This document shows positions 32,049 through 41,405 of a stretch of DNA of 64,000 nt, one piece after another. Made by a program: the position numbers and the translations under genes. This DNA is from Planctomycetota bacterium (lineage in GTDB: Bacteria; Planctomycetota; UBA11346): NCBI GenBank assembly GCA_038231435.1, contig JBBRLJ010000026.1, positions 1 through 64,000 of the forward strand, given 5' to 3'. The number at the start of each line of letters is the position of its first letter. The stretch's first letter is position 1. The notes under the pieces were generated by a model. That model had not been told where the DNA came from. It worked only from the letters and a program-made list of their open reading frames with translations, and made no database searches.

Positions 32049-32516
32049 ATGAGCACCTCGATCACCGACGGCACCGATGACGTCTCCGACATCGCGGATC
32101 CCACGGGATTCAACTGCACGCAGATCCTGCTCGCCGACGACAACGCTGGAGACTGCGCGCTGCTCCAGGAAGCCTTCAGCGAGGCCGGGATCGCCGCGCG
32201 CTTCGTCGTGGCCCGCAATGGCATCGAGGCGATGGAGCTTCTGGCCCGAGGCGCTGGAGGCTTCCACTTGCTGATCCTGGACATAAAGTTGCCGGGCATG
32301 AATGGCGCGAACATCCTCGACCATGTGAAGCAGCGCGCGGACCTCGGAGGCCTGGTAACGTACATGATGACGCAATCGGATTCGCCCGCCCACCGCGCGC
32401 GCTGCAGCGCGGCCGATGGGTACTTCACCAAGGCTCACGATTGGTCCGGGTGCGTCGCGACCGCGCGCGCCATCGCTGCTCGCTTTAAATCCGGCATGAC
32501 AGGCCTCACTCCTTGA
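32049..32516 (+). CDS. Single-domain response regulator (Rcp1-like)
   Basis: ILLADDNAGD, LILDIKLPGMNG, YFTK. Confidence 0.88.
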   Translation: MSTSITDGTDDVSDIADPTGFNCTQILLADDNAGDCALLQEAFSEAGIAARFVVARNGIEAMELLARGAGGFHLLILDIKLPGMNGANILDHVKQRADLGGLVTYMMTQSDSPAHRARCSAADGYFTKAHDWSGCVATARAIAARFKSGMTGLTP

Positions 32517-33064
32517 CCAACACCACCAACACCCACATCCCCACCATCGTCTACGTCGAGGACAACGTCGGCGACGCGCTGCTGCTCGAGGAGGCGCTGC
32601 GCGAACGCGGGCATGCCACCCAGCTGCTGGTGATCGAGAAGGGCGACAAGGCGCTGCATTACTTCCAGATCAAGGAGAGCGCGCGCGATCTGCCGCCGCC
32701 GCACTGCATCCTGCTCGACGCGCACCTGCCGATCGTCACCGGCGCGCAGCTGCTGCGTTTCATCCGCGGCTCGCGGGTCTACGACGACACCCCGGTGTAC
32801 ATCTTCGCGGCCGAGAAGGAGTACCAAGACATCGTCGCTTCGAGAGTGGTCTCGAAGGAGAGCTTCATCACCAAATCCAAGTCCTGGGCAGGCTTCCTCG
32901 AATTGGCGGATCTGCTCATGCGCAGCGCGACGGCAAAGCAGAAAGACGTGGCCGCGTCCCCCACCGACTCCAAGCCCGAGGTGCATGCGGAAGGCGACCT
33001 CCGCCGCCACGACACCAAGGAGCAGCGCCAGCGGGCCGATACGCCGCCGTCTCCGCAGACCTGA
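32513..33064 (+). CDS. Single-domain response regulator (Rcp1-like)
   Basis: VYVEDNVGD, ILLDAHLP, FITK; TTG start overlaps the upstream stop. Confidence 0.85.
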   Translation: MTNTTNTHIPTIVYVEDNVGDALLLEEALRERGHATQLLVIEKGDKALHYFQIKESARDLPPPHCILLDAHLPIVTGAQLLRFIRGSRVYDDTPVYIFAAEKEYQDIVASRVVSKESFITKSKSWAGFLELADLLMRSATAKQKDVAASPTDSKPEVHAEGDLRRHDTKEQRQRADTPPSPQT

Positions 33065-33231
33065 ACGGCGTTATGCCGGGTCCAACCCGAGCAAGAGAGA
33101 GACGATCGCGCCGCATTGCGGTGCAGACGATGCGCGCAGTGGCACATTAAACCACTCTGTCTAAGAGTTTTTCGAAAAGATACGTGGGCGGGATGCCGAT
33201 CCCAATAACCCATGGGAACCCCTAGGGACCC

Positions 33232-35163
33232 ATGAACACAAACCGTCGTTTCAACCAACTCTCAAGCCACGCCTCGCGGTGGACATTCCTCCATCTCGCC
33301 TTGCTCATGCTGGTCGCATCGGCCCCGCTGTCCGCGGCGGCCACGGTCACCTGGGGCGGCACCACCGGCGCCGGCTCGAACACGTTGTGGAGCAACAATC
33401 TCAATTGGGATGGCGCGGTGCTTCCCGCCACCGGGGACATCGTGGTCTTCCCCGCCATGCCGACCATTCCCGGCGCGTACACGGTGACCTACGACGTCGC
33501 CCTCGGACTGTCGCTCGCGCAGATCAACATCTACACCCCGGCGTCAGGCTCGTGGACGGTGACCGTCACCGGCTCGCCCAGCCCGCTGGTGCCGCTCGCG
33601 CTCAACATCCACGGTCCCACCATCGCCAACGTCTCGGCGCCGATGGACATCGTGACCGGAACCACCCTGGCTGTCGCGGTGGACAATCTCAGCACGCTCA
33701 ACCTGCTCGGCGTCATCTCCGGCCCCGCGGGCGGATTCCTGCTCTTCTCTGGACCATTCGATTCCACCATGGCCGGCTCCCTGCCCAACACCTTCCTGGG
33801 GACCACCACCGTCCAGGCCGGCATGCTGAACCTCAGCAAGACTGGCGGCGCGACCTCGATCGCCGGACCGCTGATGATCAACAACGGTGCGGCCAACGTC
33901 GTCACCCTCGCCGGCGCCGCCAACGCGATCGCCAACTCGGTCGAAGTCACGGTCGCCTCGGGCGCCACGCTCGACCTCACCAATGCCGCCGGCACCGATC
34001 AGACGCCGAACAACGAAACCATCGGCGCGCTCCTCGGCGCTGGCAACGTCGTCCTCGGCGCGCAGACCCTCGGCGTCGCGCTCAGCAACACTCCGACCAC
34101 CTTCAGCGGCGTCGTCTCAGGCACCGGCGGTCTGCGCAAGAGCGGCACCGGCACCCAGCGCCTCTCGGGCGCGAACAGCTATACCGGCGCCACCACCGTC
34201 ACCAACGGCGCGCTGACCGTGGTCGGCCTGCAGGCCGCATCGGCGGTCGCCCTCAACCTGGGCACCTTGAAGATCGCCGACAACGGCCTGGTCGGCGCGC
34301 TCAGTTCGACCAGCGCCACCGGCCTGAACGCCCTGGTGATCGGCAACGAGCCCGCCTCCACCAATACCGCGCGCAGCGGCGACCTGAACCTCAGCGGCGC
34401 GGGTGCGAACACCTCGCGGCTCGATGTCTTCACCGGGCCGGCCGCCGCCAATTCGACCCTGACCGTGACCGGCACCGTGAACCTCACCGGTGCGACTCTG
34501 CGCGTGAACACCGCCTCCTTCACCCCGGCCGTGAGCTCGGTGTGGACGATCATCGACAACGACCTGGCCGATCCGGTCGTCGGCACCTTCCTTGGTCTCG
34601 CCGAGGGAGCGACGGTGACCTCGGTCACCAACACCGGCACCACCTTCACCATCAGCTATCTCGGCAATCCCGCGGGCTCCGGTAACGACGTCACCCTTAC
34701 GGTGGTGATGGTCGCGGCGGACAGCACGCCGCCGACGGTCACCTCGGTCGCCCCGGGCGGAGTCACCGCCACCGGCGCCAACGTCTCCTGGACGACCAAC
34801 GAACCCAGCGACAGCCAGGTCGAATACGGCACCACCACCGCCTACGGCAGCAGCACCACGCTCGCGACCGCGCTGGTCACCTCGCACACGGTGGCGGTGA
34901 GCGGCCTGTCGCCGAGCACCGTGTACCACTACCGCGTGCTCAGCTCGGACGCCTCGGGCAACCTCACCACCAGCGCCGACAGCACCTTCACCACCCCGGC
35001 CGGCAGCGGCTCGGGCAGTGCGACCGCCGGCAGCACCACCGCCGGCACCACCGGAGCGGCCACCACGCCGGTGTCGACCCATCACAGCTCGTGCGGCTTC
35101 GGCGGCGGCGGTCTCGCCATCCTGCTGACGCTCGGGCTGTTCGCCGCGCGCCGCAAGACCTGA
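33232..35163 (+). CDS. Surface adhesin-like protein: autotransporter-associated beta-strand repeats, FN3-like domain, C-terminal sorting signal
   Basis: Signal peptide; FSGVVSGTGGLRKSGTGTQRLSGANSYTGATTV; WTTNEPSDSQVEYG...YHYRV; Ser/Thr linker then CGFGGGG-TM-RRK. Confidence 0.85.
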   Translation: MNTNRRFNQLSSHASRWTFLHLALLMLVASAPLSAAATVTWGGTTGAGSNTLWSNNLNWDGAVLPATGDIVVFPAMPTIPGAYTVTYDVALGLSLAQINIYTPASGSWTVTVTGSPSPLVPLALNIHGPTIANVSAPMDIVTGTTLAVAVDNLSTLNLLGVISGPAGGFLLFSGPFDSTMAGSLPNTFLGTTTVQAGMLNLSKTGGATSIAGPLMINNGAANVVTLAGAANAIANSVEVTVASGATLDLTNAAGTDQTPNNETIGALLGAGNVVLGAQTLGVALSNTPTTFSGVVSGTGGLRKSGTGTQRLSGANSYTGATTVTNGALTVVGLQAASAVALNLGTLKIADNGLVGALSSTSATGLNALVIGNEPASTNTARSGDLNLSGAGANTSRLDVFTGPAAANSTLTVTGTVNLTGATLRVNTASFTPAVSSVWTIIDNDLADPVVGTFLGLAEGATVTSVTNTGTTFTISYLGNPAGSGNDVTLTVVMVAADSTPPTVTSVAPGGVTATGANVSWTTNEPSDSQVEYGTTTAYGSSTTLATALVTSHTVAVSGLSPSTVYHYRVLSSDASGNLTTSADSTFTTPAGSGSGSATAGSTTAGTTGAATTPVSTHHSSCGFGGGGLAILLTLGLFAARRKT

Positions 35164-35193
35164 AGCATCTCTGTACGATTTCTCTCCGACATG

Positions 35194-35228
35194 GACCACC
35201 CGGGCGTATGCCCGGGTGGTCTTTTCTT
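35194..35228 (+). terminator. Rho-independent terminator
   Basis: Perfect 12-bp stem GACCACCCGGGC/GCCCGGGTGGTC followed by TTTTCTT. Confidence 0.9.
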
Positions 35229-35425
35229 GTCCTGTATCTGAATCTGACGACTGATCGAAATCTGACGTGAAGATGATGGGAGGATGATGGGGCGCCAGGT
35301 GCGTGGGCGCTGGGAGATGCTGCGTACGGCGGGGCGTTGGCGGCGTGGACGTCGATGGAAAGGCGTTTCCTGACGTGGGGGCGGCCGGCAGTAGGTATGA
35401 TGATCGAATAGAACGGAGGTGCGTC

Positions 35426-35662
35426 GTGCACACCCTTCATCCCATCAATCCCAGCAAGAACGTCTCAGAGGACACCTCACCCGCAGAACGCACCCGCCGC
35501 AACATCGTCATGGCTGGGTGGTGGCTCGCTGCCGCGCTGGTAAGCGGAGGAATCGGCTGGGCCGTAGCGCATTGGACACCGATCCCGCTGGCCATGGCGC
35601 CAGTGTTCGCCGTGGTGGCCCTGGGCTATGCGATCATGGCAGGCGCCTCCAACCGCCAGTAG
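35426..35662 (+). CDS. Small two-TM membrane protein
   Basis: GGAGG RBS before the GTG; two hydrophobic segments. Confidence 0.6.
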   Translation: MHTLHPINPSKNVSEDTSPAERTRRNIVMAGWWLAAALVSGGIGWAVAHWTPIPLAMAPVFAVVALGYAIMAGASNRQ

Positions 35663-35765
35663 CGTCCGGAGCCCGGGAATTGTCGGGAGTTCCGTGTGCG
35701 CTGGGCATAATGTAGGGCCCGGGAAATCCGCCACGCCAGCGCTCGAACGAGCGGAAGAGGTGTCC

Positions 35766-36119
35766 GTGCTCTACCAGACCAGCTCCAGCGCATCGATCCA
35801 CCCGAGCATCGAAGGCCTCGTGGCCATGATCGCCGGCGGAACCACGAACTCGTCCGAGCAGAACGCCAAGCTCCGTGACCTGTGCGTGCGCAAGATGCGC
35901 AGCTACCGCGAAGACGTCTACCTGAAGCGCTACACCACACCGATCGACCTGGCCTCGGCCAGGGATCGCTGGCAGACGGTCAGCGCCTTCGCCAACAGCG
36001 CGCCCGCAAAGGTGCTGCCGATGGTCATGCCGAAAGTACTATCGCCAAAGGCAATGTTGCCGAAAGCACTGATGCCCAAAGCACTGATGAAAGTGCAGCC
36101 GACTCCCAAGTCGCGCTGA
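35766..36119 (+). CDS. Hypothetical protein with a C-terminal pentapeptide (xPKAx) repeat tail
   Basis: GAGG RBS; strong GC3 bias in the core; four 15-bp repeats at 36027-36086. Confidence 0.6.
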   Translation: MLYQTSSSASIHPSIEGLVAMIAGGTTNSSEQNAKLRDLCVRKMRSYREDVYLKRYTTPIDLASARDRWQTVSAFANSAPAKVLPMVMPKVLSPKAMLPKALMPKALMKVQPTPKSR

Positions 36120-36185
36120 CCACTGACGCCAGAAGCCCCAAGGCTTCCGCTGCCGCTCACCTGCTCCTCGAAGCTGCCTGGGCCG

Positions 36186-39100
36186 CTAGGGCTTCGGAAT
36201 GCTGAAGTGGAAGGCAGTGCCGATGTCGATGGTCGATTCGACCCATAGACGGCCGCCATGGCGCTCGACGATCTTCTTGCAGGTCGCCAGACCGATGCCG
36301 GCGCCGGGATACTCGGACACGGCATGGACGCGCTGGAAGAGTCCGAAGATGCGCTCGGTGTCCTCGGCGCGGATGCCGATGCCGTTGTCGGCGACCGTGA
36401 ACACCCACTCGCGCTCGTCCTCGCGGGCGGAGAGGGCGACCACCACCGTGCGATCCTTGTGCTTGAACTTCACCGCGTTGCTCACCAGGTTCTGGATCAG
36501 CTGGGCGAACAGCGTCGGATCGGCGACCACCTGCGGCAGTGGGCCGATCTCGATCACCGCGGATGCCTCGACAATTTTCTTCTCGAGGTTGCCGAGCGCT
36601 GCGCGCGCCACCGCTCCCGCGTCGATGGCCCTCGCTTCGACGCCATTGTGGCCGACCTTGGAATAATCGAGGATGGCGCGGATCAGCGCCTGCAAGCGGC
36701 TGGTGGCGTCGCCCACGAAATCCATGTACTGACGACCCTTGTCATCGAGCTTCTCACCGTAGCGGCGCTGCAGCAGATCGGTGTAGCTGCGGATGGTGCG
36801 CAGCGGCTCCTGCAGGTCATGCGAGGCCACCGAGGCGAACTGCGCGAGCTCGGAGTTCGAGCGCTGCAGCTCGGCGGATGAACTCGCGAGCTCGTCGGCC
36901 ACGCGCTTCCGCTCGGTGATGTCGGCGATCGCCAGCACGATCTTGCGCGTGCCGTCGTCGGAGCCCTCGAGCAGGCGCGCGTTCAGCAGCATGGTGCGCC
37001 GCCCCAGATCCTTGAACTCGTGGGTGACCTCGAAGTTCTCTAGCGCGCCGCCGCCATCCAGGATGAGGTCGAGCAGCCGCTTGAGCTCAGGGATGTCCCA
37101 CTCGCCGTCGCCGAGGCGGTAGATGCACTGCTTCAATACGTTCTCAGGCAACAGGCCGAAAACCCGGAAGAACGCGCGATTGGCGGTCTGGACCAGCAGG
37201 TCGGCATCGAGCACCAGCAGCGGATCGCGCACCGTCTCGACGATCGCCTTGGCGGTGGCGCCGGATTTGCGCAGGGTCTCTTGGATGCGCTTGCTGGCTT
37301 CGATGTCGATGTAGGTGGCCACTGCGCCGGCAATGCCGCCACCCTCGGTGAGGTAGGGCGTGATGCGCAGCGAGAACCAATGCCCAGCGCGGTTGCGCAC
37401 CTCGACGGCCTTGGCCATGCGCGTGCGCATCACCTCGTCGACGACCTGATCCATGCCTGGTCCGCTGAAGCCGAGATCCAGCCCGCCGATACTGCGTCCG
37501 AGATCGGCGTGGCCCAGGTGCAGGACCTGGGCCGTGGGACCGGACAGGCGCCGGATGCGTTGTTCGCCATCGAGCATCACCACCGGCAGGTCGATGCCGT
37601 CGAGCAGATTGGTGAGGTCGTTGCTGAGGCCGGTCAGCTCGAGGTTGCGATTGCGCAGCTCTTCATTGAGCGTGGCGAGCTCCTCGTTGGCGGACTCCAC
37701 CTCCTCCTTGGCGGTCTGCAGCTCCTCGTTGGTGCAGCGCAGCTCTTCATTGGCCGAGGTCGACTCGTCGTTGGCGAAGCGCAGCTCGTCGTTGACGGCG
37801 TTGTTCTCTTCGGTCAGCGACTCCATGTAATCGTTCGCGGCGGTGAGCTCCTGCTTGAGCTGGGCATAGTCGCGGCCTTCAGCCGCAGCCTGCGCAGGAG
37901 ACGAAACAGATGCCATGGTCGCCTGCGGCAGCGGCCGATCCGGCGCCTCTTCGAAAAGGATGAGGATCGCTGGCTCGGGCGAGCCGGGCAGGCGCACCAG
38001 GCTGATCTCGATGTCGATCAGGCGCAGGCGCTGATCGTCGCGCAGGCGTACGCCCTTGCGGCGCACGGTGACGTTCTGCCGCTTGGCCTCGTCGATCGCC
38101 CGCGACAGCTCCTGCGCGAGGCCATGCGGCACCATCTTGAGCAGGTTCAGGCTGGCCTGGCCCTGCGCGGGGTCGAGGAAGGACGCGGTCTGGCCGCGGA
38201 ACTGGATGATGGTGTTCTCGGCATCAACGAGCACCCCGGCGGGCGCGTAGCGCCCGAGCACGATACGGTCGGCCGCGCGCTGCAGCTCGCTCAGCGACGG
38301 CGCGCGCAGGCCTGCGTCGGTTGACCCAACAGTGCGCCGGTTTCCGGGAAACAGTGGCGGGTGTATCCGCGTCGCGATCGCCTTCTTCACATACACGCGG
38401 TTCTTGGCATCGACGGCGTCGAAGAGATCCGTCGACCTGCCGACGGTCTCGGAGCTGCCGAGCACCAGGAAGCCACCGGCGTTCAAGGTGTAGTGGAAGG
38501 TCGGGATCACGCGCGCCTGCAACGCCGGAGTCAGGTAGATGAGCACGTTGCGGCAACTGATCACGTCGATCTTCGAGAACGGGGTGTCGGCGGTGACGTC
38601 GTGCTTGGCGAAGACGCAGAGGTCGCGGATCGACTTGTTGATGCGGTAGCCCTCGGGCACCTTGGTGAAATGGCGACGCAGGCGCTCGGGCGAGACCTCG
38701 GCCTCGATGCTGGCGGGGTAGACGCCGATGCGCGCGGTGGCGAGCGAGCCCTCGCTGATGTCGGTGGCGAAGATCTGGATCTGGCGATGGCGCTGCTGGC
38801 CATCGACGTGCTCGATCAGCTCCATGGCGAGCGAGTACGCCTCTTGCCCGGTCGAGCACGCGACCACCCAGATGCGGATCGGCGCGTCGTCGACACGCTC
38901 CTTGGTGAGCCGGGGGAAGACCAGGTTCTTCACCGCGTCGAAGACCACCTGATCGCGGAAGAAGCTGGTGACGTTGATGAGCACGTCCTTGAGCAGCACC
39001 TGCGCTTCCTTGATCTCGTCGCCGAGCACGCGCACGTATTCGACGAGCGTGGCGATGTTGCGCAGGGCCATGCGGCGCAGGATGCGGCGCTTGATGGTGG

Positions 39101-39887
39101 AGGCGCGGTAGAGCTCGAAATCGATGTGCGCGGTATTCTTGAGCACCGCAAGCACGGCGGCGTAGCTCTGGCCGTCGCCTGGGAACGGATCGGCATCGTA
39201 GGCGCGGCCCTCGCGCAGGTAGGCGTGGCGGCTGATCCTCGCGATCTCGTGGGCGATCTCGGCCGGATTGAGCGCGAAATCGGAGCTGCCGTAGGCGATC
39301 GCGCTGGCCGGCATCTCGGCGCTCTCGGCCGAAGCCGGATCCTGGGCGAAGGTGATGCCTCCGGCCGCCTTGATCTCGGCCAGACCCAGGGTGCCGTCCG
39401 AGCCGGTGCCCGAGAGCACCACGCCGATGGCGCGACTGGCGCGGTCTGCCGCCAGCGAGCGCATGAAGAAATCGATCGAGAGGTGCAGGCCGTGCGTCGA
39501 CACGCGTGGCGTCAGGCGCAGGACGCGCTTCTCGATGGCCATATTGACGTTGGGAGCGATGACGTAGACGTGGTTGGGGGCCACTTCCATGCCGTCGCTG
39601 ACCTCGGTCACCGGCATGCGCGTGTCCTTGGCGAGGATCTCGGCCAAGCGACTGCCCTGCAGCGGAGCGAGATGCTGCACCAGCACGAAGGCCATGCCGG
39701 TGTCGAGCGGGATCACAGCGAGGAATGCGCCGAATGCCGCCAACCCGCCAGCAGAGGCACCGACGCACACCACCGGAAACTGCGGAAGACCCCGCGCCTG
39801 CTCGGATCCGTCCTCGTCGGCGGCGGGCGACACGATGACGTCGAGCGCGTCCTTGCCGAGGGCTTCGATGATCGTCTCGTCGGACAT
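36186..39887 (-). CDS. CheB methylesterase-CheR methyltransferase-PAS-histidine kinase fusion
   Basis: GASAGG, VQHL, GTGSDG (CheB triad); ACSTGQEAYS, CRNVLIYL (CheR); NEEL coiled coil; ASHDLQEPLR. Confidence 0.95.
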   Translation of the reverse strand: MSDETIIEALGKDALDVIVSPAADEDGSEQARGLPQFPVVCVGASAGGLAAFGAFLAVIPLDTGMAFVLVQHLAPLQGSRLAEILAKDTRMPVTEVSDGMEVAPNHVYVIAPNVNMAIEKRVLRLTPRVSTHGLHLSIDFFMRSLAADRASRAIGVVLSGTGSDGTLGLAEIKAAGGITFAQDPASAESAEMPASAIAYGSSDFALNPAEIAHEIARISRHAYLREGRAYDADPFPGDGQSYAAVLAVLKNTAHIDFELYRASTIKRRILRRMALRNIATLVEYVRVLGDEIKEAQVLLKDVLINVTSFFRDQVVFDAVKNLVFPRLTKERVDDAPIRIWVVACSTGQEAYSLAMELIEHVDGQQRHRQIQIFATDISEGSLATARIGVYPASIEAEVSPERLRRHFTKVPEGYRINKSIRDLCVFAKHDVTADTPFSKIDVISCRNVLIYLTPALQARVIPTFHYTLNAGGFLVLGSSETVGRSTDLFDAVDAKNRVYVKKAIATRIHPPLFPGNRRTVGSTDAGLRAPSLSELQRAADRIVLGRYAPAGVLVDAENTIIQFRGQTASFLDPAQGQASLNLLKMVPHGLAQELSRAIDEAKRQNVTVRRKGVRLRDDQRLRLIDIEISLVRLPGSPEPAILILFEEAPDRPLPQATMASVSSPAQAAAEGRDYAQLKQELTAANDYMESLTEENNAVNDELRFANDESTSANEELRCTNEELQTAKEEVESANEELATLNEELRNRNLELTGLSNDLTNLLDGIDLPVVMLDGEQRIRRLSGPTAQVLHLGHADLGRSIGGLDLGFSGPGMDQVVDEVMRTRMAKAVEVRNRAGHWFSLRITPYLTEGGGIAGAVATYIDIEASKRIQETLRKSGATAKAIVETVRDPLLVLDADLLVQTANRAFFRVFGLLPENVLKQCIYRLGDGEWDIPELKRLLDLILDGGGALENFEVTHEFKDLGRRTMLLNARLLEGSDDGTRKIVLAIADITERKRVADELASSSAELQRSNSELAQFASVASHDLQEPLRTIRSYTDLLQRRYGEKLDDKGRQYMDFVGDATSRLQALIRAILDYSKVGHNGVEARAIDAGAVARAALGNLEKKIVEASAVIEIGPLPQVVADPTLFAQLIQNLVSNAVKFKHKDRTVVVALSAREDEREWVFTVADNGIGIRAEDTERIFGLFQRVHAVSEYPGAGIGLATCKKIVERHGGRLWVESTIDIGTAFHFSIPKP

Positions 39888-40038
39888 GTGGTTCCCGGAT
39901 TCTTCCTAGATCATCGTGGGCTTGCCGGAGCGGCGCCGGGAAGCCATGCCAGGCGCTAGGGCGAGAGTGCCGCGGGCTGGACCTGTCATCGTACCCATGT
40001 TCGATGGGAAGCCCGACTAATATGTGTTTCGCCGAGAT

Positions 40039-40067
40039 GCGTCGCCCGGCGTAGCGCCGGGCGACGC
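40039..40067. terminator. Perfect 13-bp hairpin, possible terminator or REP-like element
   Basis: GCGTCGCCCGGCG-TAG-CGCCGGGCGACGC between the REC-REC gene and the cheBR fusion. Confidence 0.45.
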
Positions 40068-40135
40068 TCGCCAACCCCCAGCTCGGCCGGGTCCCCTTAG
40101 CGCTGCCCTGCCCCAGCCCTCGAGGGACGAATCCT

Positions 40136-40978
40136 TCACGCGGCGTCGCCGCGCGAAGCGACCAGCTTGGCGAAGCGGGCGACGGCCCGGGCCACGTCCA
40201 GGTACTGATCCCAGCTGCGTGGCGTGATCAGGCAGCTCGCGGCCCCGTGGCGCAGGGCGTCGTCGCGATCCTCTGGGTGCAGGCTCGTGCTCATGACCAT
40301 GACCGGGACCTTGGCGCCTTCCGTCAAGCGGTAGCGGCTGAGGAATTCGTAGCCCTGCGCCGGGGCGGCGTCGAGGTCGAGCAGGATGACGTCCGGACGG
40401 CTCGCGCCGGGACGTGCCAGGCGCTCGAGCGCGGCGGCGACATGCGGTACGCGTTCATGGATGATCCGCGACGCGGTGGCGACGAAGGCCCTGTCAATCA
40501 GCTCGAGCTCCTCGTGGTTCTCCCGGATATGCAGCACCATGGGCAGGGCCGCGGCCCCCTGATGCTCGGATCCGGCCTCGGGATTGCGCACCAGGGCCCG
40601 GTCCTGTTCGCGGCGGGCGATGGCCTGCCGGATCTCCTCGCAGATGACCGGCAGCGCGCATGGCTTGGTCAGGTACCGTTCCGACCAGCGGCTGCCGGTG
40701 GCGATCGACACCTCGTCGACCATTCCCGACAGGATGATGCGGACCACCCAGGGATAGCGCAGCAGCACCTCGCGGGTCAGATCGGATCCGGACATCGTGG
40801 GCATGCGCAGATCGCTGACCAGGACATCGATGTGCTCCGAGGCGAGCAGCCTGATCGCGTCGACGGCATTGCCGACGAAGCGCACCGGCCAATCCGGCGC
40901 GGTGAGGTGCATGCCCCTCTGCAGGGCCGCGAGGATCGAGGGTTCATCGTCGACGAAGAGCACGCTGGGGAACGCCAT
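40136..40978 (-). CDS. Tandem REC-REC response regulator
   Basis: VLFVDDE, VSDLRMP, YLTKP; second REC has ILLDLD and a degenerate acidic pocket. Confidence 0.85.
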   Translation of the reverse strand: MAFPSVLFVDDEPSILAALQRGMHLTAPDWPVRFVGNAVDAIRLLASEHIDVLVSDLRMPTMSGSDLTREVLLRYPWVVRIILSGMVDEVSIATGSRWSERYLTKPCALPVICEEIRQAIARREQDRALVRNPEAGSEHQGAAALPMVLHIRENHEELELIDRAFVATASRIIHERVPHVAAALERLARPGASRPDVILLDLDAAPAQGYEFLSRYRLTEGAKVPVMVMSTSLHPEDRDDALRHGAASCLITPRSWDQYLDVARAVARFAKLVASRGDAA

Positions 40979-41108
40979 GCGGAAGCCCTCCACCGGGACC
41001 TCGGAGGATACCGATGGCACGGCTGGACCCTGCACGAATTGCCGGGTATCGCCTAGGCCCAGGGTAGGCCAGCTGCATGCCTCTCAGGCACGCGCAGCAC
41101 GCGTGAGC

Positions 41109-41267
41109 ACGCGCATCGGCAGCACCCCGGTGATCGTCTTCACCACCTCCAAGAGCCCGGTCGACCGCAACCGCTGTCTGGCGCTCGGCGCCACTGCGGT
41201 GATATCCAAGCCCAACTCATTCGATGAGCTGGTCGGCGTCGCCAAGTCCATCATCGCGTACTGCTAG
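41109..41267 (+). pseudogene. Orphan 3' half of a response regulator receiver domain
   Basis: TPVIVFTTSKSPVDRNRCLALGATAVISKPNSFDELV...*; the N-terminal half is absent. Confidence 0.75.
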
Positions 41268-41291
41268 AACCCCTCTCTCAGGGAGCGCCTT

Positions 41292-41314
41292 ATCCCCAGC
41301 GAGCCGCTGGGGAT
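41292..41314 (+). terminator. Hairpin downstream of the REC remnant
   Basis: ATCCCCAGCG-AGC-CGCTGGGGAT 10-bp stem. Confidence 0.5.
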
Positions 41315-41405
41315 TCTCGATGTCACACTTCACAGTTGAGATTAAGAAGGTACGAAGGAATTGCCGCCGGATCCTTCCGCGCCTACCTTAGGATGCAGGC
41401 ACTGC

